Origin: Dendrobates tinctorius
Taxonomy: Eukaryota
Direction of reading: 5' to 3'
DNA: 64,000 bases
Assembly (NCBI RefSeq): GCF_039654945.1
Contig: NW_027362356.1
Span: forward strand, 1-64,000
A program made the translations under genes and the position numbers. This document shows positions 17,842 through 31,823 of the stretch, piece after piece. The notes beneath the pieces were generated by a model. The model did no database searches, was not told the origin of the DNA, and saw only the letters and a program-made list of their open reading frames with translations. How positions within the stretch are numbered: position 1 is the stretch's first letter; every line of letters begins with the position of its first letter.

Positions 17842-18269
17842 CCGAATTCAGAATCTTGTGCAAAGACTTCCTTTCCCAGCTTCCAGGAGCAGACTAGACA
17901 GGTGATGTTTGTGAGGAAACTATCATGTCTCTCCCTGTGCTTTCAAAGACCACCCATTCCTCAGCCTATTGAGGCAACTGCCTGTGCTGAATCAGTGTTC
18001 TGGTCTGGAAATCCCGTGTGGTGCTTCGTTGGGGACATCCGAGTCACAAGAAGTATCTGGTCTCCATATTTTCAGGTCAGTCAGCAGTGTCGCCATCTTC
18101 TCCACCAGGTAGGCTAGTCGCAGACTTGCTACGTGCTGGTATCTCCGAAGAAAGAGAACCAGAGGTGATATCTTCACACAGTCCCGATGACTGTACTAAT
18201 GATCTGCCCAGAGGAACTTCCCCACTTCGTGGATGTGTCATTTTTTTTAGACCAGGCTGAAAATGGAAA

Positions 18270-20100
18270 TGGGTCGCCCTCGCACACTCAGGGCAGCGGG
18301 GTACTCGGTACCGGGCCGGTGTCGAGGCGGGAAAGTGTCACAGCAGCGGCGACCCGGTCCGTGGCCCTGGGCGCCCAATATCAATGGCGGTGATGTTAAT
18401 GGTGTTAAAGTTTATTAGGTAGTTCGTGACGCCACCCGTGGTGTTTGGCAAGTAAGATGGTAAGCCAACGCTGCATGCAGATCCGCTAGGACTGATGGTG
18501 TGGTGCAGCAGAGATGGTATAGCTCCCCACAGGTGGAGCTGTAGTCCCAGGGCAGTGTAGGTGCAATGGATGAGGAGAGGCGCAGAATGGTATGGAGGCT
18601 GGTTACCCAGATGTAGCGGTGCTGGAATAACTGGAGGACACCAGAGTATGCGGTTCCAAAGCTTTACTCACTGTTTGCAGTTCTCCAGGTCAGGGCTCCA
18701 GCCAACCTCCAGGCAGGATAGGATTCTCCCTTCCACACTCCGCCAACATGTACCTTACTGAACGACTCCTCCAATGCGCCTTTAGGTGCGAAGCACTCCA
18801 GTACTTAGTTACCCTGGAATGCCTCTCTCTAGGTGTTCCTAGTCTTACTTGTATGACAGACAGCTGTAGCCTGCTTCGGGGACTCCTCACTGTGTCCCGA
18901 CTCTATTCAGTTGCTGTTCTGTCACAAGTCTATGATGGGAGCAAGGTGTTAGCGGCTCACTACTCCTCCGGTGTCTGTTGCCGGACATAAAGATCCAATC
19001 AACCTCGGGGACCGGGCCCCGGCCTTTGCGCTCTCTGGACTGGAAGGGTTCTCTCTCTTTCTCAACCTGCTTCCCACCGTCCTTCTATTCTCCTTCGTTC
19101 CGATCTGTTCTGTCTCTCTTATGGAAGGTTAGGTTATCAATCTTATCAGTCTTTCTCTGGTCTTTCGCGTGCCAGCAGCCCAGATCACTGGGACCTGCTG
19201 CAGCACGTCCCTCAGACACCCATCTTCTCTCTCCTCTAACCAACTAACCACTAATCCTACACCTTCCTTCTCTTTTATATCTAACTCCACCCACCTCCCC
19301 AGCACCTCTCGTGTTACGAAGCGAGGGACCACAAAAAGCACCCTATGACCTTTCCAGCATAAAGCATGGATGGGTCCCTGCTGAATTATCCTGTGTGTGG
19401 GGGTGCAGGTGTTGGAATGCGGAAAGGAGTTCCCAGCCTACCTGGATGGTGGGGCAATACACCTTAGGAGAAGGTGCAGTACCTCTGTGGTGGGCGACTG
19501 AAGCCTCAGGGGCGCCACAGATACAGAGGCAGATTCTTCAGTCTCTAGGTGGTCTGGGGAAAAGAACGTCAAGGGAGTGGCATATTCCAAGTCTCTGCAA
19601 TCCACCAACCAGGCGGAAGAACTCAAGTATGTCCTTGAATCCTCTGGGGTCAAATGGAGAAAGACTTCCCAGTGCCCAGTACTATGCTGAGGATGGCTTG
19701 ATGGAGAGAAGCACACTAGTAGTGAAGATAGATGTGTCACTTTTCTTCTAGTGGACAGAAGAACTTGTGGTCCTGAAGAGAAGTCATGGGAGTCCTTGAA
19801 GAGGTGTCAGCCTCCAACTTTTCTGCAGAGAGTCCTTGCGGGCTTGAAGAAAGGGGGGGCATAAGGGTAGTAGTGTAGCGCTATAGTCGGTTCTCCAGCA
19901 GGGTGTCCCCTTCTCCCTTTTCGCAGGTGACGCTGTCTTACTCATCGTCCTGGCCCCGCGGCGTGGTCCCCAGTGTTTCATCCTTCGTGCTCTGTGCAGA
20001 GTTCCGGTGGTGTGCCTAGTGCCTCTCCTGCTCTTAAAGGGATAGCGTGCACATATAGTAAAATGCCCACAGCATGTAGCTTAGAGACATATAGCATAAT
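18270..20100. mobile_element. Decayed LTR-retrotransposon sequence (LTR and adjacent internal region)
   Basis: GC-rich LTR-like start (GTCGCCC...CAGGGCAGCGGGGTACTCGGTACCGGG) with no intact ORF. Boundaries are approximate. Confidence 0.35.
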
Positions 20101-20845
20101 GTCTTCAGCTACTGGAAGGCTCTCAAATTATTGCTGGGAGTTATCCTGTATAAAAGACTACCTTTCCCTTAGAGAGTCACCAAGCAACAAGTTTAGTCAT
20201 TAGGTAGTGTCGTGCTCTACTAGTGCAGTTGTGAAGTCCCCTGACCCTTGGGTGGCCAGTGTCCTGAACCTGAATCCCTCGTCCCAGTGCAGCCAGTGCC
20301 TGAACGTTGTCCTCTGGTCCTGGTACAGCCAGTCTTAAATCCGAAGTCCCCTAGTCAATGTGGCCAGTGCCTGAACATTGTTCCCCGATCCATGTGTAGC
20401 CAGTTCCTGATTCAATATCCTAGATTGCTGTGTCTGAACATCGCCCTAGTCTATGTCAGCGAACCTGACCCCTGGGGTCAGCAGCTGCAGTGCCAGGATC
20501 TGCCTAGAAGTGGTACCTGGTGGCTACCTGCTGCCCAGTCTCTCTACACCTGGAGCGCCAGTGAACCCTAGGTAGCTGCTTATCTACGGTCCCTTCTTAG
20601 GTAGGCCCGGACCTGTGGCTCACTGGGTCCACAAATCCACGTGCGCCACTGTTGGGCGTAAGTGTATCTTTATGGGAACTAGAGTGTTCAAGGGTCCTTA
20701 CATATGACCAACATGGAGGTGGGGACCAAGGTTCAACGTTTGCACCAGGGCCCATGGACCTTTAGTTACGCCACTGGTCATGAATACTCACATACTGTAT
20801 ATGTATGTGAGTGGATAATTAGTCAGGCAAAAAGATGTGACATAT

Positions 20846-21266
20846 ATCCTAACTGGATCTTATTTGAGCTGTGATATTGTCATTTTGCAGCATTATATAA
20901 CTGAGTTGCACCCACACACATACTGTATATCTCAATGTTGGTAAAAAGGGGATTGACCATATAATACCCATATTTAAGTAATACAACCTGCATTAAAGCA
21001 ATAATTCCTTTCTACCCACACGAGCGCTATCATTTCCCAGCAGTGCAGGCGCTGATATCATCTGATTACTCTGCTAACCGCAGCCCACCCAACTTTAGCA
21101 GCAGGACTTGAAGTATTCATACAGGCTGCACTATTTAAATCTGGGTGTTATATGGATAATCCACATTTTACCAACATTCACATACCGTATATGTGCGTGG
21201 CTGCAACTCAACTATATACTGCTGCAAACTGGCAATATCACAGCTCATATAAGATCCAGTTAGGAC
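20846..21266. mobile_element. Fold-back element (MITE-like) with ~130-bp diverged inverted arms
   Basis: TCCTAACTGGATCTTATTTGAGCTGTGATATTG...TGCAGCA...TGAGTTGCA at 20847+ is mirrored by TGCAACTCA...TGCTGCA...CAATATCACAGCTCATATAAGATCCAGTTAGGA ending ~21265. Confidence 0.65.
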
Positions 21267-21384
21267 TTAATGCCACGCTAAAATACCTACTCACAGTACA
21301 CAATATAATTAACCTTAATATATAATCTAATTATAGCAGCACTATTTATAATAATTTACGCTTAGTCAGCCTGAGTTCAGTTCT

Positions 21385-21990
21385 CAGGTGATCTAACCCT
21401 AGTGTGCTTAGAGGGGTCATCCTTACATTATCCAACCCTAGTGTACTCAGAGGGGGCAGGCTCACGTGAGTTAACCCTAGTGTACTTAAAGGGGTCATCC
21501 TCACGTGAGTTAACCCTAGTGTACCTAGAAGGGGCGTCTTCAGGTGATCTAACCCTAGTGTACCTAGAGGGGGCGTCTTCAGGTGATCTAACCCTAGTGT
21601 ACTTAGAGGGGTCATCCTTACATTATCCAACCCTACTGTACTTAGAGGGGGCATGCTCACGTGACCTAACCCTAGTGTACTTAAAGGGGTCATCCTCACG
21701 TGAGTTAACCCTAGTGTACCTAGAAGGGGCGTCTTCAGGTGATCTAACCCTAGTGTACTTTGAGGGGGCGTCTTTAGGTGATCTAACCCTAGTGTACTTA
21801 GAGGGGTTATCCTTACATTATCCAACCCTACTGTACTTAGAGGGGGCATCCTCATGTGACCTAACCCTAGTGTACTTAAAGGGGTCATCCTCACGTGAGT
21901 TAACCCTAGTGTACCTAGAAGGGGCGTCTTCAGGTGTTCTAACCCTAGTGTGCTTACAGGGGGCGTCCTCAGGTGATCTAACCCTACTAA
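21385..21990. repeat. 39-bp minisatellite (TAACCCTAGTGTACTTAGAGGGG...)
   Basis: Tandem array with 13-aa periodicity in the ORF track. The same family occurs at 23290-23445 and 29379-29890, with a degenerate array at ~15490-16070. Confidence 0.92.
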
Positions 21991-22129
21991 ACCTATGTCA
22001 CACCGGTAACGTGAATGCTTTCTCAGTGCTGTTCTACTCACTGTGCTCACCGCTCTGCTCGTCTCAGTGTTAGGCCATCTCGCTCAGCTGCCTTGTGCAA
22101 CACTTCCAGCATTGCTACATCCTTCTCTT

Positions 22130-23280
22130 GCTGAGAATCACCATCTGGCTACAGAAAGGTGCGGATAGACTATGCAGGAATTTAACCCCTGTGTGTCATG
22201 CAGAGTTTAAGTTCTCTGGCCTATCCCCTGCCAGCAAGGGATATATTAGGCAGCTCCGCCCTCCACACCATGTCTGAACTTAGGTTCCTAGTGCAATTTG
22301 TCTCCTAATATCCTGTCTAACTGCATGTTTGTATTGACTCTCCTGTTACTGGCCCGGCTTGTACTCCAGTCCTGTCTGACCTCAACGCTAATTATCTCAG
22401 CTTTTTATTCTGAACCTGTGCTGCCTTCGCCAACCTCTGACTTTCTTACCACGTCTCTGTCTATGCCCTCTGGGCCTCATATCCCTGCCCTGACCTGTTG
22501 TCCAAGCACTGTCCTGGAGTGGCACCTGATGTCTATCCTAATGACCCAAGCCTGTCCTCACCATCAGAGGCTCTAACGAAGACAACATAGCCACTTATTC
22601 ACGCCCCTCCAGGTTAAGCCCGGCCAGTGGCGCAGTGGGTCCACACCCACCTTTGTCACAGTAAGTTCAGGCCATGGACCCCATTGACAAATCGTGTCCC
22701 AAAGACCCCAAGACTTATGTTCAAGTTCTGTAAGAGGAAGTTTGTGCTCAGTGTGTGCGTCAAGACCAGCTGATGCAGGCAATTCATGTGTTGGCAACCC
22801 AGCTGCAGGATTTGTCCTCCTTAGTTTCCACTCTGTTCCTCTGATCCGTGCCTCACCATGTCTTGCCATCCTTCCTCAGGATAGACAGCCTCTCCAGGGG
22901 AACGGTCTAAGAAACCAGTTTCAGGTGATGCAGCTAAGCTCCAGCTTTCACTACTGTCCCGCTGCAATGGAGACCCCAAGAAGAGCCGTGACTTTATAGA
23001 CCAGTGCCACTTCACACTCCATGCCCATCTTTTCCCTTTGAACCATACCAAGATTGCATTTATGGTCTCTCAGCTGTCAGGACAAGCCTTGGCTTGGGCA
23101 AACTCCATTTGGGAACATGGAGGTCCTGAGACCCGCGATTTAGGAGAATTCCTGGAGATGTTTGATGTACCAGGCCGCACCTCCTAGTGAAGACCAGGTA
23201 CAGTAGCCACTTAGTCACGCCCCTCGAGGGTAATTCCGGACAGTGGTGCAGTGGGTCATCACCCACCGCCAGCACAACCT
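22130..23280 (+). mobile_element. Decayed sushi-like LTR element remnant (LTR, gag fragment, partial LTR)
   Basis: LTR-end motif TAGCCACTTA.TCACGCCCCTC...CAGTGG.GCAGTGGGTC occurs at ~22590 and ~23205, with related copies at ~14930 and ~20570. A degenerate gag lies between them (IDQCHFTLHAHLFP...KIAFMVSQLSGQALAWANSIWE). Confidence 0.55.
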
Positions 23281-23445
23281 AGAAGCGGCATATTCAGCTG
23301 ATGTAACCCCAGTGTACTTAGATGGGGCATCCTCACGTGTTACAACCCTAGTGAACTTACAGGGGGTGTCCTCAGGAGATATAACCCTAGTGTACTTACA
23401 GGGGGTGTCCTCAGGAGATATAACCCTAGTGTACTTAGATGGGAC

Positions 23446-26400
23446 TGTGACGGGAGTATTCTCCAGAGCAAGGAGGGACAACAGGCCTGGGAATAATCCA
23501 ACAGATTTATTGACCAAAAAACAGGAACAACACGAAGGTAATTTGCAGAGTCCCAAAATAAGTCCACAGGAAACTGATTCGGGGGCACCTCCCGACAATC
23601 CTTGTGCCAGATCACAAAACCATAGTCCTTTAAGAGTCCCAGAAATCCACAACGATCACACAGAGGCCGAAGCTTCCTCAGACAGCCTCGTCCTTCTCTT
23701 TTAGCATCCAACTCACATCTGATCTTAAAGCAAGAATGTATTGTCAGGGCTCCTGGGATCAGTCCATCTGAAGGGGGGTAGGGGTCACACCTACTATTCA
23801 ATGGTTTGGTCCATCAGAAGATTCTAGAAATGTAAGGGCTCCACTGAGTCTACAGGATGTGTATTGTAGGTTATCTTCTGCTTAGGAAAACAATAGCCAA
23901 AGTTCCACTAGCTGTTGACACAAGCCTAAATTAGATTATGGTCCAGGTACATCACAAGACATTGCAAAGTATTGGGGGAAGGAGACATGGTTAATTTACA
24001 GCAAATGAACCAGAGGAAAGTTAAATGACATATTATACAAAAAACAGGACAGGGCAAGACTACAAATCATGACAATCCCTTCCCCTCCTAATTTGTGTAC
24101 GTACTAGGGACCTCTACAGGTCACTGGTTAAGTACACACAGGCATGGCTGACAGGACTCAGGGCTCCTCCTGCCTGGACAGTCCATCTGCATTTTGGTGT
24201 TGGCTGCCTCTTCTATACTGTATGGTAAAGTTATAGGGCTGCAGAGCCAGGCTCCATCGTAGTAAGCGTCCATTGTCCCCAGAGACTCTGTTCAGCCAGG
24301 TGAGGGGATTGTGATCAGTAATGACAGTGAATTCTCGTCCATACAGATACGGCCTTAGTTTCCTAAGGGCCCACACTACAGCCAGACATTCTTTTTCAAC
24401 AGTTGCATAGGCCACTTCTCGGTCCAGCAGTTTCCGGCTGAGGTAGGCAATGGGGTGCTCGTCCCCAGCTGCATTCACCTGGCTGAGTACAGCTCCCAGT
24501 CCATAAGCAGAGGCGTCCGTCTGCACAATGAATCTCCTCTTGTAGTCTGGAGCAGCCAGAACAGGGTCACAGACCAGAGCGTCCTTCAGCTGGTTAAAAG
24601 CCTCATCACAGGCTGGAGTCCAGATCACCAGCCGGGGCATCGTTTTCTTGGTCAGGTCGGTAAGAGGCTTGGCCACAGTGCTGAAATGAGAAACAAATTT
24701 TCGGTAATAACTGGCAGTGCCCAAAAAAGCCATAACTTGTTTCTTAGTTTGGGGTACAGGCCAGTCTCTAATATCCTGGATTTTGGCAGGTTCGGGACGG
24801 AGCTTCCCTCCTCCTACTCTATGCCCTAGGTACTGGACTTCACCCATCCCCAATTGGCATTTATCTGATCAAATGGTTAGGCCTGCTGCAAGAAGCAGGT
24901 CAAGAATAACGGCTACTTGGTTCAGATGTTCCTCCCACGTCTGGCTGAAGATGGCGATATCATCCAAGTAGGCACAAGCAAAGTCACCACATCCCCGGAG
25001 GATCTGGTCCACCATTCTCTGGAAGGTGGCCGGGGCATTCTTCATTCCAAAGGGCATATTAAGAAATTCATACAGACCAAAGGGGGTTATAAAAGCGGAC
25101 CGTTCTCTCCCCTCCTCCGTCAGAGGGATTTGCCAGTATCCCTTACTGAGATCAAAGATAGTGACATATCGGGATCCAGCCAGTCGGTCTAGAAGTTCGT
25201 CAATACGAGGCATTGGGTAAGGATCACTGACGGTATGGTCGTTTAGTCGTCGATAGTCCACACAAAATCGAGTACTCCCATCCTTCTTGGGTACTAACAC
25301 CACAGGAGAGGCCCAAGGGCTATGGGAGGCCTGGATTACCCCAAGCTGTAGCATCTCCTCCAGTTCGTGCTGCATGGTGTTTCGAACTGATTCAGGTACC
25401 CGGTAAGGTGCCTGTTGTATGGGACGGATGCCCTGAGTGTCCACATGATGTTGGGTGACGGTGGTTCGACCTGGTTGGGATGAGAAAGCAGCACGTCTCT
25501 GTTGAAGCACTCCCAGCATCTGGTTTTTCTGTAAGGAATCCAGGTGATCTCCCAGAGGAACCTGTTCCACAGTGGATGGGGCACTCGCTGCTTCCACGAG
25601 ATCAGGTAGGGAGTCCTCATCCTCTTGACCGTCCTCTGAAGCTAGCCGACAGCTTGCTATCATTGGAAGGGTCCGGTCATGGTACTCCTTAATCATATTC
25701 ACATGGACAGTCTTTTGTCTTAGCCCCTGATCATCTAAAGCAAGAAGGTAATTGGTGTCATTCAGTTTTCTGAGAACCCGGAAGGGACCCTCCCATGTTG
25801 TCTGCAGTTTATTCTGCCGATGGGGAACAATCATTAAGACCTGTTGTCCTTCTACAAACTCCCGGTAGCGTGCTTTACGGTCATACCATGTCTTCTGTCT
25901 GGTTTGAGCCATCCGCACATGACTCTGGGCAAAACTAGCAAGTTGGGCCAGGGTTTCTCGCAGCTTTAGGACATAAGGGACAACAGGGGCCCCTGTATCT
26001 TCAACTTGCCCCTCCCAGTATTCCTTGAGCAGGGTTAAGGGTCCTCGGACCTTTCTTCCATAGAGTAGTTCAAAGGGGGAGAACCCAGTGGACTCCTGGG
26101 GAACTTCCCGATAGGCAAACAAGAGATGGGGTAGGTACTTCTCCCAGTTTGAATCTCTGTCAGTGAAGGCCCTCAGCATATTCTTCAGAGTGCCATTAAA
26201 TCGTTCACAAAGTCCATTTGTTTGGGGATGATACGGGGTCGTGCGGATCGCTCGTACTCCACAGGTGCGCCACAGACACTGGACCAGCTCTGACATGAAC
26301 TGGGAGCCTTGGTCCGACAAGATCTCACTGGGAAATCCTACTCTGGTGAAAATGGTAACCAGGGCCTCGGCCACCTTGGCTGCAGAAATCCTTGACAAGG

Positions 26401-29378
26401 CCACCGCTTCTGGATATCGGGTGGCATAGTCCACAACAGTGAGAATGTACTGCTTTCCAGATTTACTTGGTTTAGCCAGAGGTCCAATGATATCAACAGC
26501 TACTCTTTGAAAGGGTTCTTCTATTATAGGGAGCAGTTGCAGGGGTGCCTTTGGGTGATCTCCGGGTCGCCCTCTATGCTGACATATGTCGCAAGTTCGG
26601 CAGAAATGCGCCACTGCTTGGGAAATCCCAGGCCAATAGAAAGATTGAGTCAATCGCCTCTCGGTGCGGGTTTTGCCTTGATGGCCAGCAGTAGGAATAT
26701 CATGAGCAAGGTGTAATAGGGGAATTCTGTATTTCTGAGGAACAATCAGCTGTTTGCTATAAGTCCAGGGCTTATCTAGGGTGTCGGCATTGGTAACCCG
26801 ATACAGAAGTCCATTTTCTCTGATAATTCTTTCTCCATTCTCCCCTAGCTGCCCTATTTCAGCTCGAGCTCTAAAACTAGCTAGGGTGGGGTCAGTCTCC
26901 ACTTCTTGTCTAAACTGAACTTTATCCCAGGTAACATTCATATTATCCCCACAAGAAGAATCACTCACCGGCTGTGACGGCGGTTCTGGTGGCCTCATTT
27001 CCATGGATGGGTTGTACACGTCCACATTTGCTGCTCTCTTGGCTTGACTTCGGGTTACCGCACCGACAAAGTGGCAATGAAGATTCCCCACATCATTTCC
27101 TAGAAGAACGTCTGCAGGGAGGCCGCTCATCACACCGACCATGCATTGTTTGGCCCCAAAGCCATAATCCAGGATCACACTCGCTCTTGGAATATATCTC
27201 TGGGTACCTCCAGCCAATTCAATGGCAATTCCTGGTCCCTTTTGAATTGCTTCTGGTTGAATTACTCGGGGATCGGCTATGGTGAGAAAAGCCCCAGTGT
27301 CACGGAAGCCAACAACTTTTTGACCATCCAGCACGACCTCCTGTAGATGTTTGTGCTGAAGATCAGAAGAACAGGTGGCTGGGGCTCGCACCCCATAGAC
27401 TCCTGGTAGGGAAGCCAGGATATCAGAGTCACTTGGCAAGTCATCAGGCACTGAATCCATCTCTTCTCCAGGTGAGGGGGTCTGTAGATAATGAACAGGC
27501 AAAGGCGGTCTGTAGGTGTTCTGCCTCCGTACACCTGGACATTGGAATTGCATATGCCCGGGCTGCCCACATCCATAGCATCTGCGCTCTGGGATTCTTC
27601 CTCCACGTCGTAGTCCCAAAGGTGGAGCAGGAGTAATGCGAGGCACAGTCACACGAAGGTCACCATGAGTTGATGGTCTAGTGGGATGGTGAATATTGGA
27701 GGCAGAAGGACCAGGGGCCGCCAGCGTTGGGGGGCTGGTAGTGTTTTTCTCCCTGAGTAGTAATTTTTTCCACTGAGGCTTGATGGTGAGAGCCTCATCA
27801 GCTAGAGCTGCAGCTTCCTCCACTGTTGCTGGTCTCCTTTCACGCACCCATTCCCGGATCTCAGCGGGGCACTTAAAATAAAACTGCTCTTTTAGGATGA
27901 CCTGCAGGAACGTTTCCCAGGTTATGGCCTCCTCTGCCTCCAGCCAGCGATGACATATATGTTTGAGTTTGTGAGCATACATCTTGAAGGACACTTCCTC
28001 ATCACAGGCTAAAGTACGGAACTGAGTCCTGTAAGTGTCTGGGGTCACAGCATAATGTTCTAGAATAGTCTGTTTAATCTCCGCATACTCACAGTTCAAC
28101 CGAGGGTCCATAGCTCTATAGGCTGCGGCAGCTCCACCCTCTAAGAGCCCCACAAGATGTCGGACGTGCTCCCTTTCCGGGACTTCCATTAATCGACACT
28201 GATGCTCAAAGTCCAGGAAGAAGCCCTCAATGTCACCGGAAGCCTCATTAAACGGCTTGAAGTCTTTGCGGGACACTCTGGGGAGTTCCCTCATGGGGGA
28301 TGCTGTGGGTACAGTCTGTCTGGAGCTTCTCGCTGCCTCCAAAGTGATCTCCCTCTCCAGCATTGCCCTCTCCTCCATCCTGCGCTGTCTCTCCTTGGCT
28401 GTGCGCATGACCTCCCTCTTATCTTCTATGGTAGCCTCTTCTCCTAGCAAGGCCATCTCCTCCTCGTACCACACAACCCACTGACTTTTTTGGGTATTTA
28501 CCTCCGACTGCCGCCTTTCCTGTCTTTGCTGTGAGAATCCTTCCTCAGCATCATCTTGCAGGCGAACTGCTTCCAAAGCCTCAATCAGCTGCTCCTTGGA
28601 GAGTCCCTTGTAGCTGACTCCCAGTTCACGGGCCTTTGTTTGTAGGTTCACCGCAGTCCAGTTTTTGTACTCTGCGGTGCTGGTTCCAGATGTTGATGGG
28701 CCGTTGTCCTCCATTCCTTCTGCTCTGATCCCAGCGCTGCCAACCAGTTTGTGACGGGAGTATTCTCCAGAGCAAGGAGGGACAACAGGCCTGGGAATAA
28801 TCCAACAGATTTATTGACCAAAAAACAGGAACAACATGAAGGTAATTTGCAGAGTCCCAAAATAAGTCCACAGGAAACTGATTCGGGGGCACCTCCCGAC
28901 AATCCTTGTGCCAGATCACAAAACCATAGTCCTTTAAGAGTCCCAGAAATCCACCACGATCACACAGAGGCCGAAGCTTCCTCAGACAGCCTCGTCCTTC
29001 TCTTTTAGCATCCAACTCACATCTGATCTTAAAGCAAGAATGTATTGTCAGGGCTCCTGGGATCAGTCCATCTGAAGGGGGGTAGGGGTCACACCTACTA
29101 TTCAATGGTTTGGTCCATCAGAAGATTCTAGAAATGTAAGGGCTCCACTGAGTCTACAGGATGTGTATTGTAGGTTATCTTCTGCTTAGGAAAACAATAG
29201 CCAAAGTTCCACTAGCTGTTGACACAAGCCTAAATTAGATTATGGTCCAGGTACATCACAAGACATTGCAAAGTATTGGGGGAAGGAGACATGGTTAATT
29301 TACAGCAAATGAACCAGAGGAAAGTTAAATGACATATTATACAAAATACAGGACAGGGCAAGACTACAAATCATGACA
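23446..29378 (-). mobile_element. Full-length Gmr1-type Ty3/Gypsy LTR retrotransposon
   Basis: 629-bp TG...CA LTRs at 23446-24074 and 28750-29378 are nearly identical. 5-bp TSD GGGAC at 23441-23445 and 29379-29383. PBS TGGTTGGCAGCGCTGGGAT (tRNA-Leu-like) follows the 5' LTR, and PPT AGGAGGGGAAGGGAT lies at 24075-24089. Confidence 0.96.
24158..28714 (-). CDS. Gag-pol polyprotein, order gag(SCAN-like, CCHC)-PR-IN-RT-RNaseH; one in-frame premature TGA at 24869-24871
   Basis: Motifs: CYGCGQPGHMQFQC; DTGA protease; HHCC + VAVDIIGP/SDQGSQF/GLCERFN integrase; RFCVDYRRLN and YLDD RT; QTDASAYGLGAVL RNase H. The two ORFs in the track are in the same frame, 5 codons apart. Confidence 0.93.
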
Positions 29379-29890
29379 GGGACGTCCTCAGGTGTTATAA
29401 CCCTAGTGTACTTAGAGGGGGTGTCCTCAGGAGATATAACCCTAGTGTACTTACAGGGGGCGATCTCCGGAGATATAACCCTAGTGAACTTACAGGGGGT
29501 GTCCTCAGGAGATATAACCCTAGTGTACTTACAGGGGGTGTCCTCAGTAGATATAACCCTAGTGTACTTAGATGGGACGTCCTCAGGTGTTATAACCCTA
29601 GTGTACTTAGAGGGGGTGTCCTCAGGAGATATAACCCTAGTGTACTTACAGGGGGCGTTCTCCGGAGTTATAAGCCTAGTGCACTTAGATGGGACGTCCT
29701 CAGGAGATATAACCCTAGTGTACTTACAGGGGGTGTCCTCAGGAGATATAACCCTAGTGTACTTACAGGGGGTGTCCTCAGGAGATATAACCCTAGTGTA
29801 CTTACAGGGGGTGTCCTCAGGAGATATAACCCTAGTGTACTTAGATGGGACGTCCTCAGGTGTTATAACCCTAGTGTACTTAGAGGGGCC
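29379..29890. repeat. 39-bp minisatellite, continuation of the array split by the Gmr1 element
   Basis: Unit TAACCCTAGTGTACTTACAGGGGGTGTCCTCAGGAGATA. The register is continuous with 23290-23445 across the TSD. Confidence 0.93.
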
Positions 29891-30960
29891 TTTTAAAGGC
29901 CAATTAGTTAGTGTTGTGATCACAGGAGCTTCATCAAGGGTTTGGTGACCAGTAGCTGCTCCACTATGCCCAATCACCAGTGTCTGTACCTTTTGGATAA
30001 CACCATGGTGCTTTTTAATTGCTGTGCTCTCCTGATTAACCCTTGCATGCCCTAACGGTTTGACTTTTGGACTACCTGACTCCTGTCTTCCTATTTATTC
30101 TGATTGGCTTCTTGGACCCTGACCTAACTTTCCCTGAGCTCACATTTGGGTACATGTTTGTCCTTGTCCCTGTCTTTCTGGTTCTGTTTCCGGTTGGCAG
30201 ATACTCTACAGGTATAACATGGGAAACCCTGTAGATTCCGATATATAGGCATTAAAGGGTAAGAACCACAGCACCTCTGAAACCTGTTAAGTGGAGCGGC
30301 TTGGGACGAGTCTGACTGTGGAAATTCGTCTTAGAGCTGACAAATTGGCATTACCTCTAAATCAGAATGGTATCAGCATAAGAAAAGAGGTAATAATTAA
30401 CCAAGGGATGTGGGAAAGGAAAATAAGGCGGGTGATGAAGGTAGGTGAAAAGCAATGGGAGTCTGGATATAATAATCCGCTTCGAAAGTTTTAGGAAGAG
30501 TAAATATGATATGAAGGTAACTTCAGCTGGAGTCGCCCAATTGTTGCCTTATGGAGCCCAAATAAGGTGGAAGCCATCCAGCATTTCCAAATGGGGATGT
30601 CTTTGGCCATGTATTTGGCAGTGGTTTGATTAGGGGTACAAGGAGACCACATGCTAACTCCATAGGTGCTACCACACATGGCCTGCTTCCCTGATTAGGC
30701 TGCATGTGCTTCCTTATGGCTCATTTTCTGGACCTCATTGCACACAGCTGCATGGTTCATTCCAGTAAGGCCAGTTTCATAGTTCCGACATTCAGAGTCC
30801 CAGTACGGACAGTGACGTCCCAGCCGGCCAGAGTTATCAGAGCTATGACTTGTGACCACCACTGTTTTGTAGCCCCTGGAAATAAAATATTATGAAATTC
30901 CTATATAATGACAGCAAGCAGAGATCTTGAAAACTGTTGGGAATTGATACGGAATATAAA

Positions 30961-31823
30961 CAGTGCTCTGCATAAATGAGTACACCCCAGCAGATTTGTC
31001 AGAAAACCTTTCATTTCCTTTCAGATTCAGCATTTTCTATGGGACGCGATACTACAAAATACTCCCACAAATGTAATCAAATTTGTTATTTTGCACACCC
31101 CAAAAAAAGTAATTTTGCGAACAAATTCATTCAAGACCATGTTGCAAAATTAAGTACACCCCAATGAAAGTATTAGGAGCAAAGCTGAAGTTTAGACAAC
31201 AAAACTCTACTTGACAAGAATCCAACCACAGGTAAGTCTATTCATTACATACAGTAGGTGACTATAAAAGGGTCATCACATCAGATTTCATGTTGACAGC
31301 AATAGCACCACATGGAAGAGAAATGTCACCAGACCTGAGAAAGAAAATAATTCCTTTACACAAGAAAGGTGAAGGCTACAGGAAGATCAGCATAGGTTTA
31401 CTTATCAGTCAGGTACTGGAGCATAAGTGATGGAAGATGAAACTGCATCCATCTCACAGAGTCGTCCAGGCCGAGCACGGAAGTTACCACCTAGACAGGA
31501 GCGTCTTCTGGTGAGAAGGGATGAAGAAAATCCACCTGTAAGATCACTGCTGTTAGCTAAAGAAGCAGAAAGCCCAACCGGGGTGACACAGTCCGGCGTA
31601 CACTGCAGGGGAACGGCTGCATGGGGGGCGGCCACGAGGGAACCTCTCCTGTAGATTTTGTAATGAAAGTTATATTATTCACCTTACTCTCAAGTTATGA
31701 GGTAAAAAATGTTCTAAGAAACTCAGAGCTGTCAACAACATGGAGATTTTTATTGTGCTGAAGTGAGAAATTGATTAACATTGTACTTTTCAAAGAGGGT
31801 GTACTCATTAATGCTGAGCACTG
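30961..31823 (+). mobile_element. Degenerate, internally deleted Tc1-like transposon
   Basis: TIRs CAGTGCTC.GCAT.AATGAGTACACCC / GGGTGTACTCATTAATGCTGAGCACTG-TA. A transposase N-terminal remnant HGREMSPDLRKKIIPLHKKGEGYRKIS lies at ~31309. Confidence 0.8.

Noticed and set aside
21346-22073. LRR-looking ORFs and TAACCC telomere-like hexamer in the 39-bp repeat
   Set aside because: The periodicity comes from the DNA repeat. There is only a single TAACCC per unit, so it is not an interstitial telomere array.
23215-23801. ~150-aa ORFs repeated at 28626-29105
   Set aside because: They are incidental ORFs in the two LTR copies and adjacent minisatellite.
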